The notes beneath the pieces were generated by a model that saw only the letters and a program-made list of their open reading frames with translations, had not been told where the DNA came from and searched no databases. Positions 1 to 12,227 of a stretch of DNA of 64,000 nt are shown in pieces. The position numbers and the translations under genes were made by a program. The stretch spans positions 512,001 through 576,000 of the forward strand of contig JAWLHY010000003.1 of assembly GCA_041690135.1 (NCBI GenBank), given 5' to 3'. This DNA is from Armatimonadota bacterium (GTDB lineage: Bacteria > Armatimonadota > SYMT01). How positions within the stretch are numbered: the stretch's first letter is position 1; every line of letters begins with the position of its first letter.

Positions 1-225
1 AACGCACTCCTGGGGATGTGGCTGATCGTCGGCCCCTGGCTGCTGACCGGCGCCGATCTCCCCGCGCGGATCAACAGTGGAGTGGTCGGCGTCGCGCTCT
101 TGATCCTGAGCCTGCCGCTGGGGCCGGTGCGGGAGCGGTATGGCGGGTGGGATCGTGCCGTTTCCTGGCCCGCGGCGCCGGATCGCGAGGTCGCACGTGG
201 CCGCCGGCGGAGCGCCGCTACGTAG
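1..225 (+). CDS. C-terminal part of an SPW-repeat membrane protein (5' truncated by the window edge)
   Basis: NALLGMWLIVGPW and ERYGGWDR match the SPW-repeat helix pattern; the frame is open from base 1. Confidence 0.55.
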   Translation, partial: NALLGMWLIVGPWLLTGADLPARINSGVVGVALLILSLPLGPVRERYGGWDRAVSWPAAPDREVARGRRRSAAT

Positions 226-370
226 TAACGCGTCGGACGTCAGGTGGGGGTGCCGGTTTGGGTCGCTCGACGCGGCGGGGACAAGGTCAACGGGAACCGG
301 TTCCTCAGTCACATGGTACCGCCCGTGCCCCGTTTCCAGGAGAACTACCGTGCTAGGAGAACGAGAAGGC

Positions 371-733
371 ATGGGGCCGATCCCCGCCGTCTGGGCCAGT
401 TCGCTCAACGTGATCGCCGGGCTCTGGTTGATCCTGGCCCCGTTCATTCTCGGCTACAGCGACTTTGCTCCAGCCTTCTGGAACGACGTGATCGTGGGGG
501 TGCTCATCCTGGCCTCAGCGTTCGCGGCTACCCGCACCTATTCGCCGAACCCAAGCTGGATGAACGTGGTCCTGGGGGTGTGGCTGATCCTGGCCCCGTT
601 CATGCTGAACTACGACGGTTACCGCGCCGCGCTGGCGAACGACCTGTGCGTGGGTCTCCTTGTCGGTATCCTCGCCCTCCTGGCGGCACTCGCCAAGGCG
701 CCCCTCACGCGAGGGAGGGCCACCGGGATGTAG
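371..733 (+). CDS. SPW-repeat membrane protein
   Basis: Two repeats, NVIAGLWLILAPFILGY and NVVLGVWLILAPFMLNY, each followed by an ND-x-x-VG helix; ATG at 371 follows a purine-rich RBS. Confidence 0.75.
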   Translation: MGPIPAVWASSLNVIAGLWLILAPFILGYSDFAPAFWNDVIVGVLILASAFAATRTYSPNPSWMNVVLGVWLILAPFMLNYDGYRAALANDLCVGLLVGILALLAALAKAPLTRGRATGM

Positions 734-1026
734 CCGGCTGTTCGGCGAGCGCGCAATTCTACCGATCCGCCGGTACCCCGACCTTACCACCGGCCGGCGC
801 CTTTCCGCTCGGGGAGAGCGTGTTGGCGAGGCATCGCCTTCCATCCCCTTCATCCCTCGCGGACGAACGCGTCGACCGCGTCCGCGTGGCCCTGAATCAG
901 CTTCACCAAGTACGGCCCTTCGACGTCTCGACGACCCGAAGCCCGTCCTGCAGTTCTTCACCCCGGACGTCGATCTGATCCGCCTGGCGGAAGAGCTCCA
1001 CGAACAGAGGGACACTGGTGTTGGGG

Positions 1027-1075
1027 ATACCCCAGGGGGTATACTGTCTCCGACAACGATACCCGCGGGGAGTAT
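1027..1075. promoter_or_regulatory. Two CsoR-type operators upstream of csoR
   Basis: ATACCCCAGGGGGTAT (1027-1042) and ATACCCGCGGGGAGTAT (1059-1075) have the TAC-C/G tract-GTA form of CsoR operators. Confidence 0.75.
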
Positions 1076-1104
1076 GAGATGGGCGGGGAAAAAGGAGAGA
1101 AGGA

Positions 1105-1368
1105 ATGCTACCGGAAGTGAAAAAAGACGCGACCCGCCGGATCAACCGGATCGCCGGTCAGATCGGCGGGGTCCAGAAAATGATCGAGGAGGAGCGCTAC
1201 TGCGTCGATGTCCTCAACCAGATCGCCGCCGTCCGCTCGGCGCTCGATCAACTCGGGGTCCAGCTCCTGACCGGGCACCTCGAAAGCTGTGTGCTGGGCG
1301 CGGACGAATGCAAGCACCATGACCTACTGGAAGAGGTCCGGGTGTCGCTCTCCCGATTCCTGAAATGA
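1105..1368 (+). CDS. csoR: Copper-sensing repressor, CsoR family
   Basis: RRINRIAGQIGGVQKMIEEERYCVDVLNQIAAVRSAL and GHLESC give the Cys-His-Cys Cu(I) ligand set. Confidence 0.9.
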   Translation: MLPEVKKDATRRINRIAGQIGGVQKMIEEERYCVDVLNQIAAVRSALDQLGVQLLTGHLESCVLGADECKHHDLLEEVRVSLSRFLK

Positions 1369-1420
1369 GCCAGCGGCCAGGCCCCGGCTGGGCGAGTGAG
1401 CTCGCGCCTACAAACAGCAA

Positions 1421-1458
1421 AGCCTGCACCCCCCTCGGGGCGTAAACCTACGCAGGCT
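1421..1458. repeat. Isolated REP-like palindrome (family A)
   Basis: GCACCCCCCTCGGGGCGTAAACCT has the same core as the 17.9-18.8 kb cluster and is bracketed by AGCCTGC/GCAGGCT. Confidence 0.6.
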
Positions 1459-1498
1459 AACGAGGGGCAGCGACTATGCTCCGAAGGCTCAAGGCCCT

Positions 1499-1909
1499 AT
1501 GCAAAATGTTGATGAGCTTTTCGCACGGCTGCGGGAGTCGGAGTTCCGGCAGCGGTTCCAACTCCGCGCCCGGGAGCGGGAATACCTGGAGCGCAAGGGC
1601 CTTCCCGAGGTCCTCGAGCACGCGGCCCGCTTCATCGAGCAGCGCCTGGCGCCGGCGTCTCCGGCGAACGACGGCAAGCAGACGCCCTACCGGAACCACC
1701 CCGTATTCGTGGCCCAACACGCCACCGCCACCTGCTGTCGCGGCTGCCTGGAGAAGTGGCACGGCATCTCCCGGGGCCGGGAGCTTTCCGCCGAGGAGAA
1801 AGTGCACATCCTGGCCGTCCTCGAACGCTGGCTGACTTCGGAGTCAGGTAGGCGCGACACCACTGGTCTAGAGGGAGCTGGGGTTCAGGAGGGTGAACCG
1901 GCGGCGTGA
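1499..1909 (+). CDS. DUF4186 family protein
   Basis: NDGKQTPYRNHPVFVAQHATATCCRGCLEKWHGI signature. Confidence 0.8.
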   Translation: MQNVDELFARLRESEFRQRFQLRAREREYLERKGLPEVLEHAARFIEQRLAPASPANDGKQTPYRNHPVFVAQHATATCCRGCLEKWHGISRGRELSAEEKVHILAVLERWLTSESGRRDTTGLEGAGVQEGEPAA

Positions 1910-2031
1910 GGCCCGCTGCGTGCTGCGTGCTGCGTATTCCGAACCTTCGGTTCCAGAGTGGGTGTGGTGAACTGAACGCGAACCGGAACCCGCGAAACCA
2001 ACTCCTGGTGGATTTCTGTTGCTCGGGGGTG

Positions 2032-2086
2032 TTGTCTAATATACCCCCAGGGGGTAATATAGCAGCAAGATACCCATAGGGGGTAT
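2032..2086 (+). promoter_or_regulatory. sigma70 promoter of the cop operon with two CsoR operators
   Basis: TTGTCT-17bp-TAATAT (2032-2060); operators ATACCCCCAGGGGGTA (from 2041, in the spacer) and ATACCCATAGGGGGTAT (2070-2086). Confidence 0.85.
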
Positions 2087-2130
2087 ATTCATCTGGGGGC
2101 GCCGGAAAGTGGCGTCGGGAGAAAGCTGCG

Positions 2131-2358
2131 ATGGAGCGACAGGAAGTGCGGACGGTGACGCTGGGAGTGGGGGGCATGGGTTGCGCGGGATGCGCGGCCA
2201 GCATCGAGCGCCTGTTGCGGGAGGCGGAGGGCGTGCGCACCGCACAGGTGAGCTTTGAACGCGCGGAAGCGGTGGTGGAGATCGATCCCGCCCGGATCGA
2301 CCGGGAGGCCGTGGGTGCCCTGCTGGTCGAAGCCGGGTATACGGTGCCTGGGAGTTAG
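2131..2358 (+). CDS. copZ: Copper chaperone (HMA domain)
   Basis: GMGCAGCAASIER metal-binding motif; 75 aa; first gene of the cop operon. Confidence 0.85.
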   Translation: MERQEVRTVTLGVGGMGCAGCAASIERLLREAEGVRTAQVSFERAEAVVEIDPARIDREAVGALLVEAGYTVPGS

Positions 2359-2369
2359 GGGAGGGAAAG

Positions 2370-2762
2370 ATGGATACGGCGGAAATCTTCGTGACCCTGG
2401 GCGGGGTGGCGGCCATCGCCGGGGTGATCTGGTACTTCTTTCTGGGCGAGCGGGCCCAGGCACGCGCCGCGGTCGGCGCCGGGGGAATCCAGGAGATCCA
2501 GGTCCGGGTTAAGGGCGGCTACGACCCGGACGTGATCGTGGTGGAGAAGAATCGCCCGGTGCGCCTCGACTTTTACCGAGACGAGACCGCGGCGTGCTCC
2601 GATACGGTGGTCTTCGGGGACTTCGGCATTGCCCGACCGCTGCCGGCGTTCAAGACCACGCCCGTGGAGTTCACGCCGGACCGGGCGGGGGAGTTTACCT
2701 TTACCTGCGGCATGAACATGATGCGCGGCAAGTTGATCGTGGAAGAACGGAACGGGGGATAG
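2370..2762 (+). CDS. Membrane-anchored cupredoxin-domain protein (CupA-like)
   Basis: N-terminal TM helix; VKGGYDPDVIVV, ACSDTVVF and FTCGMNMMRGKL motifs. Confidence 0.85.
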   Translation: MDTAEIFVTLGGVAAIAGVIWYFFLGERAQARAAVGAGGIQEIQVRVKGGYDPDVIVVEKNRPVRLDFYRDETAACSDTVVFGDFGIARPLPAFKTTPVEFTPDRAGEFTFTCGMNMMRGKLIVEERNGG

Positions 2763-2765
2763 TCG

Positions 2766-5405
<2,640 letters not shown>

Positions 5406-5628
5406 TACCGCGGTCGCGCCCGCCAATGGGAGACTGCTGGAGATTGATTAAGCCCCGTTGCGGAGCCCCGAGGTTTAGCTCGGGGCTCATTTCTTCATCT
5501 TTTCTTTACTTCCCGGTCGTCCAACAGGTATCCGCCTCCGGAACGCCGCGCGCTTTCCGGCGCGTAGACGTTCGATGGCACTGGAAGCGGCAATGTCGCC
5601 TCCGATACCTGCTGCCGATAGGGATCCC

Positions 5629-8514
5629 ATGCAGTCTCATCCCCCTTTCCGGCCCCCCTGGGCCCTGTGGTTCTTCTGCCTGCTGCTGCTCATGCCGGCG
5701 CTCTCCCTGGGTGCCTGGGCTCAAGCCAGCACGCAAACTCCCCGGTTCGTGAAACCGGTCCCGCCGCCTACCCAGGTCGGCGAGTTGCTGCGCGCGCAGG
5801 TTGTGCAGACGGGCAGCCTGATCCGGGTGGAAGAAGCGCGCCGGGTCTACAGCGTCGACGGCGACGGCCTTACGGCGGCGGTGCTGGACACGGGGATCCG
5901 AGCGACGCACCGGGACTTCGCCGGCAAGGTGGTGGCGCAGGTCAACTACACCAGCAACAACGGGGGAAATACGAGCAACGCGGCGGACGGCGACGGGCAC
6001 GGCACGCACGTGTCCGGCATCATCGCGGCGAGCGGGGTGCACACCGGCATGGCGCCGGGGGCGCGGATCGCAGCGCTCAAGGTCCTGGACAACACCGGCA
6101 GCGGCACCTTCGACGAGATCTCGGACGGGCTTGCGTGGGTAATCGCCAACCGCCGGACGTACAACATCACGGTAGTGAACATGTCGCTGGGCGATGGCGG
6201 CAACTACCGGTCGATGGCTTCGGACACGCTTCGCTCGCGTCTCCAGACGCTCCGTAATGCCGGGGTGGCGGTCTGCATGGCGGCGGGAAACGACTTCTAC
6301 GGCCATGGCAGCGTTCAGGGCATGAGCTATCCGGCGGTGTTCCCGGAGAGCGTGAGCGTGGGCGCGGTGTACGATGGGAATATCGGGGGCTTCACGTATG
6401 GCGATGGCGCCCGGGCAAATAGCACGGGGCCGGACCGCATCTGCCCCTTCTCTCAGCGGCTGCACGAGAGCGTGGCCGCCACCACCCGGACCGATATCCT
6501 CGCACCTGGAGCGGCGATCACTTCGAGCGGCATCTCCGGCGACAGCAGTTCCGCGACGTCGCACGGTACCAGCCAGGCGACCCCGGTGGTGGCCGGCGTG
6601 ATCCTGCTGATGCAGCAGTTTTACCAGCAGCAGATGGGCTCGCTGCCCTCGGTCGATCAGCTGGAGCGGTGGTTCCGCGCGGGCTCCGTCGCCAACATCG
6701 ACGGGGACAACGAGGACGACAACGTCAGCAACACCGGCCTGAGCTTCCCGCGGATCGACGCCGTGGCGGCGATGCAGGCGCTGGAGCGGGACCTCAACAC
6801 CGGCTACAGCATCAGCGGCACCGTGACAGTGAACGGCGTGGGCCTTTCCGGGGTGACGCTCTCCGGCGGTGGCAAGACCACAACCACCTCCAGCAACGGA
6901 ACCTACACGCTGACCGGCTTTCCGTCCGGCAACGTGGCGGTCACGGCGTCCCGCAGCGGTTACACCTTCTCGCCCGCGAGCCGCACCGTTACCCTCGGCC
7001 CCAACGCGTCCGGCATCAACTTCACCGCCAGCCAAACCGCCTTTACACTGATCGGCACGGTGACGGCTGATGGGGTGGGTCTTTCGGGCGTGACGGTAGC
7101 CGCCGGCAACAGCACCACCACCACGGACGCCCAGGGCGAGTACGCGTTTACCAACCTGGGGAGTGGGACTTACACCGTCAGCGCCTCACGCAGCGGCTAC
7201 AGCTTCTCCCCCGCCACCCGCAGCGTGACCCTGGGCCCCGACCGGTCCGGGATCGACTTCACCGGCACGCTCGTGGCGTACTCCGTGAGCGGGAACGTCA
7301 CGCTCGGGGGATCGGGACTAAGCGGCGTAACGGTGAGTGCAGGCGGAAAGACGGCCCTCACGACGAGCAACGGCAGTTACACCTTGACCGGCTTGACGTC
7401 CGGCACCTACAGCGTGAGCGTGGCCCGCTCCGGGTACCGGTTCTCGCCCGCGAGCCGCACCGTGACCGTGGGTCCCAACGCGACCAGCATCGACTTCTCG
7501 GCTGCCCGCTTCGGCTACACCCTGCAAGGGACAGTACGTGCGGGGAACGTGGGGCTTTCGGGAGTGACCGTCAACGCGGGCACGCGTTCGACCACGACGG
7601 ATGCCCAGGGCCGGTACACGCTGGATGAGGTACCCGAGGGAAGCCAGACGATCGTGCCCGTGCGCAGCGGCTACGCGTTCTCTCCGACCTCTACCACGCT
7701 CTCCATCACCGGGGACCGGTCCGGAATAGACTTCACCGCGACGGCATTGACCTACCAGGTGAGCGGCCGTGTTACCCGGGATGGGCAGGGAATTCAGGGA
7801 GTTACCCTGACCACGGGTCCTTTCACCACCAGTACCGATCCCGCGGGCAATTACACCCTGGCGGGCCTGACACCTGGGACCTATACGGTGATCGCGTCCA
7901 TGGCGGGTTACGCCTTCTCCCCGGTCAGCCAGAGTGTGACCGTCGGTCCCTCGCGGACCGGCGTCAACTTCGCCGCCGAGGTGCAGCTTTCGATCCGCGG
8001 CACCGTACGTGCGGATGGCGCCGGGCTCTCCGGAGTGACCGTCACCGGGGGCGGGAAATCGACCACCACGGATACCGGCGGCGCCTTTACCCTCTCGGGG
8101 CTCACGCCGGGCAGCTACACGGTGAAGGCCGTCCGGGAGGGCTATGAGATCACCCCGGCCACGCGGGCGGTGACGCTATCCACGGTCGACCAAGCCGGTA
8201 TCGATTTCACGGCCGGCGCGGTGCCCTATCTGCTGTCGCTGACCCCACGGAGCCCGAGTGTGGCGGCAGGTAGAAACGTGGTCGTCACGGTCGAGTTCAG
8301 CCGCAAGGTATCCAAGCCGACGACGGTCACGCTCTCCAGTAATTCCTCGGTGGTCCTCCTACCTAAACAGGTCCGCGTGCCGAAGAACCGGAATCGGGTG
8401 AGCTTCAAAGTCCGGACCCGCCGCCTCAATGGTGTGGAACGGGTGACGCTGACCGCTGCTTCGGGAGGGGTTTCCCGGCAGGCGACACTCGCCGTGCAGC
8501 CTAGATTGAAGTGA
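5629..8514 (+). CDS. Secreted S8 subtilase with six ~80-aa beta-sandwich repeats (carboxypeptidase-regulatory-like) and a basic C-terminal domain
   Basis: Signal peptide; VLDTG, HGTHVSG, AAGND and GTSQATP show an intact triad and oxyanion Asn; six repeats start with YSISGTVT-like motifs. Confidence 0.9.
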   Translation: MQSHPPFRPPWALWFFCLLLLMPALSLGAWAQASTQTPRFVKPVPPPTQVGELLRAQVVQTGSLIRVEEARRVYSVDGDGLTAAVLDTGIRATHRDFAGKVVAQVNYTSNNGGNTSNAADGDGHGTHVSGIIAASGVHTGMAPGARIAALKVLDNTGSGTFDEISDGLAWVIANRRTYNITVVNMSLGDGGNYRSMASDTLRSRLQTLRNAGVAVCMAAGNDFYGHGSVQGMSYPAVFPESVSVGAVYDGNIGGFTYGDGARANSTGPDRICPFSQRLHESVAATTRTDILAPGAAITSSGISGDSSSATSHGTSQATPVVAGVILLMQQFYQQQMGSLPSVDQLERWFRAGSVANIDGDNEDDNVSNTGLSFPRIDAVAAMQALERDLNTGYSISGTVTVNGVGLSGVTLSGGGKTTTTSSNGTYTLTGFPSGNVAVTASRSGYTFSPASRTVTLGPNASGINFTASQTAFTLIGTVTADGVGLSGVTVAAGNSTTTTDAQGEYAFTNLGSGTYTVSASRSGYSFSPATRSVTLGPDRSGIDFTGTLVAYSVSGNVTLGGSGLSGVTVSAGGKTALTTSNGSYTLTGLTSGTYSVSVARSGYRFSPASRTVTVGPNATSIDFSAARFGYTLQGTVRAGNVGLSGVTVNAGTRSTTTDAQGRYTLDEVPEGSQTIVPVRSGYAFSPTSTTLSITGDRSGIDFTATALTYQVSGRVTRDGQGIQGVTLTTGPFTTSTDPAGNYTLAGLTPGTYTVIASMAGYAFSPVSQSVTVGPSRTGVNFAAEVQLSIRGTVRADGAGLSGVTVTGGGKSTTTDTGGAFTLSGLTPGSYTVKAVREGYEITPATRAVTLSTVDQAGIDFTAGAVPYLLSLTPRSPSVAAGRNVVVTVEFSRKVSKPTTVTLSSNSSVVLLPKQVRVPKNRNRVSFKVRTRRLNGVERVTLTAASGGVSRQATLAVQPRLK

Positions 8515-8606
8515 AATCATCATAAACTATTCTTAAAGGTTTCTCGTAAGTCTTCCTGGCGTTCCGCGGGTTCCTTGACCCGCCCGATCCCCAACCCGAG
8601 GAAGAC

Positions 8607-11495
8607 ATGCAGTATCGTTCTGTCTCGAGTGCCCGCCCGCGCGCCTGCGTCGCCGCGCTCGTCCTGTGCGTCCTTCTGGCCCTGGTTTTCCAGGCCGGCA
8701 CCCGTTCCGCAGCGGCGGCGAATCCCCGCCAGATAGCACCGGCACCGGCGGCCGTGGCGGCAGCGGCAACGGGCCGGTTCGTGGATGGCGGTGACCTCGT
8801 GCGGGTACCGGACGCCCGGAGCCTGTACGCGGTGGACGGCAGCGGGCTGACCGCCGCGATCATCGACACAGGCGTGCGCACCTCGCACCAGGATTTTGCC
8901 GGGCGCGTGGTGGCCGAGGTCAATTTCACGGATGCGGACGGGGGGGATACTACCAACGCGACGGACGGCCACGGGCGCGGGACCCACGTCGCCGGGATCG
9001 TGGCGGCGAGCGGCGTGCACACCGGCATCGCTCCAGGCGCGCGGATCGCGGCGCTCCAGGCGCTGATGGACAGTTCAGCCGGAGACTTCGCGGCGGTCCG
9101 CGACGCGCTGGACTGGGTGATCGAGCACCGGGTCGTCCACAATATCGGGGTGGTCACCCTGGCCTTTGGAGACGGCGGCAACTACCGGGGCCTGGCCGCC
9201 GACGCGATTCAGACCCGGATCCGTGTACTGCGCGCCGCCGGGGTCGCGGTGTGTGCCGCTGCCGGCGACCGGTTCCACCCCTTCCGCAGCGCCCAGGGCA
9301 TGGCCTATCCCGCGGTGTTTCCCGAGACTGTGAGCGTGGGCGCCGTGTTCGATGTAGATCGGGGGCCGTTCAGCGACTCGAGCGGCGCTGCGGCCGCCTC
9401 GACCGGCGCCGGACGCCACTGCCCGTTCTCCCAGCGCCTGCATGAAGGCACGGCCCTGGCCGCCCGCACCGACCTGTTCGCGCCGGGGGCGGGGGTGACC
9501 GCGACCGGCATTGCCGGAGATACCGCTTCCGCGGTCGCGAGCGGAACGGCGCAGGCGACCGGTATGGTTGCCGGGGCGATCCTGCTGATGCAGGAGTACC
9601 ACCTCCGCCAGCGGGGTTCTCTTCCGTCCGTCGATCAGGTGGAGCGGTGGCTGCGGATGGGGGCCGCGACGACGGTAGACGGCGATGATGAAGAGGACAA
9701 CGTGGTCAACACTGGCCGGGCCTTCCTCCGGCTGGACCTGATGGGCGCCATGCTCGCGATGGAGCAGGAACTGAACGCCGGCTATCTCGTCACCGGAACG
9801 GTCACCCTGAACGGGGCCAGTTTGCCGGGGGTGGTGGTGAGCGGTGGTGGGAGAGCGGCCTCCACCGGCAGCGACGGTCGCTACACCCTCCGGGGCCTTG
9901 CCGCCGGCACCCACACCCTCACGGCGGCGCGGCCCAACTATCTTTTCGCTCCTTCGAGCCGCACGGTGACCGTGGACGCCAACGGAGCTTCCGGCGTCGA
10001 TTTCGCGGCCACCCAAACCGCCTACAGCATCAGCGGCACCGTAACGGCCGCGGGGGTGGGGCTGGCAGAGGTCACCGTGACCGCCGGCAGTACCGCCACG
10101 ACCACCGACAGCCACGGTCGCTACACGCTGAACGGAGTGGGAGCGGGCTCGTACCAGGTGACGGCGGCGCGTGACGGCTACCAGTTCCTGCCGCTGTCCC
10201 GAACCGTGACGGTGGCGCCCGACCGAGCTGGCATCGACTTCTACGGCACACCCATCCGGTACTCGGTCTCCGGGGTCGTGAAGCTGGAGGGCGACGGCCT
10301 GGCGGGGGTGACGGTGACCGCCGGCGGCCGGACCGCCGTCACGGATGAGGACGGCACGTACGCACTCGTGGAGCTGACTCACGGGACCTACACCCTGGCG
10401 GCCTCCCGCACCGGTTACCGGTTCACGCCGGCCACACGCTCGATCACCGCCGGGCCGGACCAGGAGCACGCGGATTTCACCGCCGTCCGCTACGGGCACA
10501 CGCTCCAGGGAACGATCACCCACGACGGTGAGGGACTCAAAGGGGTTACCGTGACCGCCGGCAGCCAGTCCGCCGTGACCGACAGCGACGGCCGGTACTT
10601 GCTGTATGAGTTGCTGGACGGGGAGCACACGGTAACCCCCAGCCGGAGCGAGTATCGCTTTGCGCCCGCGTCCCGAACGGTAACGGTGACCGCCGATACC
10701 GCCGACCTGGATTTTGCCGGTGAGGTCGTCACCTACCGCATCACGGGCCAGGTGCGGCAAGGCGCCGTGGGACTGGCGGGGATCGCGGTGATGGCCGGTG
10801 AGCAGTCGACGGTCACGGACGCGGAGGGCGGCTACGTACTCACAGGACTGTCGGCGGGTACTTACACCCTCCGCGCGCAGTCCGACCGCTTTGCCTTTGT
10901 GCCCTACACCCGCACCGTGACGGTGGGACCGGACCTGATAGGGAGCGATTTCGCGGCCACGTCCCTACTTTCGATTCGGGGTGCCGTGCGAGAGGGGGAG
11001 GTGGGTCTCCCCGGCGTGACGGTAACGGCGGGCGGCAATTCCACGGTAACGGGACCCGACGGGAAATACGAGCTCTCCGGGCTGGTGCCGCGGGATTACA
11101 CCGTGCGAGCCTTCCGGGAGGGCTACGAGTTCACTCCCGGTTCCCGGATGGTGGTACTGGAGGAGGACGACCACAACAGTCTCGACTTCGCCGCCGTGGC
11201 GGTACCGTACCTGGTGGCAATCCAGCCGCAAAAGCCGAGCATCACCTCCAACACCGGGCTCGCGGTGACCGTGGAGTTCAGTCGCAAGGTCTCGAAGCCG
11301 ACTGTGATCACGCTGACCAGCACCTCCCCTACGGTTCGCCTACCACGTCAGGTGCGAATCCCCAGGAACCGGAGTCGGGTGACGTTCCAGGTCCGGACCC
11401 GGCAGCTCTCCAGCGCGGAACGGGTGACCCTGAAGGCCACCTCCGGCGGCGTGACACGGGAAGCGACGATCACAGTGCAGCCGAAGCTGCGGTGA
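8607..11495 (+). CDS. Full-length paralogue of the upstream subtilase, predicted catalytically inactive
   Basis: Collinear with 5629-8514 over its whole length, but RGTHVAG replaces HGTHVSG, GTAQATG replaces GTSQATP and AAGDR replaces AAGND. Confidence 0.85.
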   Translation: MQYRSVSSARPRACVAALVLCVLLALVFQAGTRSAAAANPRQIAPAPAAVAAAATGRFVDGGDLVRVPDARSLYAVDGSGLTAAIIDTGVRTSHQDFAGRVVAEVNFTDADGGDTTNATDGHGRGTHVAGIVAASGVHTGIAPGARIAALQALMDSSAGDFAAVRDALDWVIEHRVVHNIGVVTLAFGDGGNYRGLAADAIQTRIRVLRAAGVAVCAAAGDRFHPFRSAQGMAYPAVFPETVSVGAVFDVDRGPFSDSSGAAAASTGAGRHCPFSQRLHEGTALAARTDLFAPGAGVTATGIAGDTASAVASGTAQATGMVAGAILLMQEYHLRQRGSLPSVDQVERWLRMGAATTVDGDDEEDNVVNTGRAFLRLDLMGAMLAMEQELNAGYLVTGTVTLNGASLPGVVVSGGGRAASTGSDGRYTLRGLAAGTHTLTAARPNYLFAPSSRTVTVDANGASGVDFAATQTAYSISGTVTAAGVGLAEVTVTAGSTATTTDSHGRYTLNGVGAGSYQVTAARDGYQFLPLSRTVTVAPDRAGIDFYGTPIRYSVSGVVKLEGDGLAGVTVTAGGRTAVTDEDGTYALVELTHGTYTLAASRTGYRFTPATRSITAGPDQEHADFTAVRYGHTLQGTITHDGEGLKGVTVTAGSQSAVTDSDGRYLLYELLDGEHTVTPSRSEYRFAPASRTVTVTADTADLDFAGEVVTYRITGQVRQGAVGLAGIAVMAGEQSTVTDAEGGYVLTGLSAGTYTLRAQSDRFAFVPYTRTVTVGPDLIGSDFAATSLLSIRGAVREGEVGLPGVTVTAGGNSTVTGPDGKYELSGLVPRDYTVRAFREGYEFTPGSRMVVLEEDDHNSLDFAAVAVPYLVAIQPQKPSITSNTGLAVTVEFSRKVSKPTVITLTSTSPTVRLPRQVRIPRNRSRVTFQVRTRQLSSAERVTLKATSGGVTREATITVQPKLR

Positions 11496-11598
11496 AGAGC
11501 GGGGAGTAGGAACCAACGCCGAGAGGGACGGATCACGCGCGGTCGTCCCTCTCGGCCCAAACCTCCGGACTGCGCCGTCCCGCACCGTGACGGAGTGG

Positions 11599-12101
11599 CT
11601 AAACTTCCAACTGCCGCCGGAAGGCTTCCAGGCTCTCGGTTTTCGCCGCCGCACGGTGGAGTTCTCGTAGTCGCGGCAGATCCGCAATTCCACGCACCGC
11701 TTCCTCCAGTTCATCCGGTACGGGACCGTGATCGATCTGGAGAATGTCCAGGACTGCTTCCTGTGCCTCAAGCATCCGGCCCTGCTGCTCGCCGATGCGC
11801 ATGCCCCTTCGCTCCCAGCTTGTTACGTACGGCATCCGGTTCTCCTTCTCCCAGGCATCCAGCTCTTTCCAGAAGCGATTCTCCAGCGGCTCCGGCAGGT
11901 TCAGGAACCAGTCCACCAGCCGCAGCAGCTCGAGCACGTCTTCCCGCGACAGGCCGCTCTGGTACAGTTCCTGAACCAACTCCATTTTACCCCGCAGCCG
12001 CCGGGAAGGCGACCGGCGCGTGCTCTGCGCGCGCCGGTGCGCCCGGATCACGGCCGCGATGGGATTGCGGCTGACCGCCAGTTCCGACTCATCCGCATAT
12101 T
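11599..12101 (-). pseudogene. 3' fragment of an Rpn-like (recombination-promoting nuclease / putative transposase) gene
   Basis: SRNPIAAVIRAH, LVDWFLNLPEPLE and MPYVTSWERRG are typical of the C-terminal half; the N-terminal PD-(D/E)xK half and a credible start codon are missing. Confidence 0.6.
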
Positions 12102-12227
12102 GCCCTTCACTGTTGACCCGTTGAGGGCGAATCGAGCCGAGTCGTATAGACAACAAAGGGAATGTGACGCCCGGTGACCTAAGGAAGAACAGTCGCGTCC
12201 CTTTACGCCTGCGAGAGGAGCCCACCG

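Noticed and set aside
840-1015. Possible gene remnant (ERVDRVRVALNQ / DDPKPVLQFFTPDVDLIRLAEEL in different frames)
   Set aside because: Too short and unassignable to support a call.
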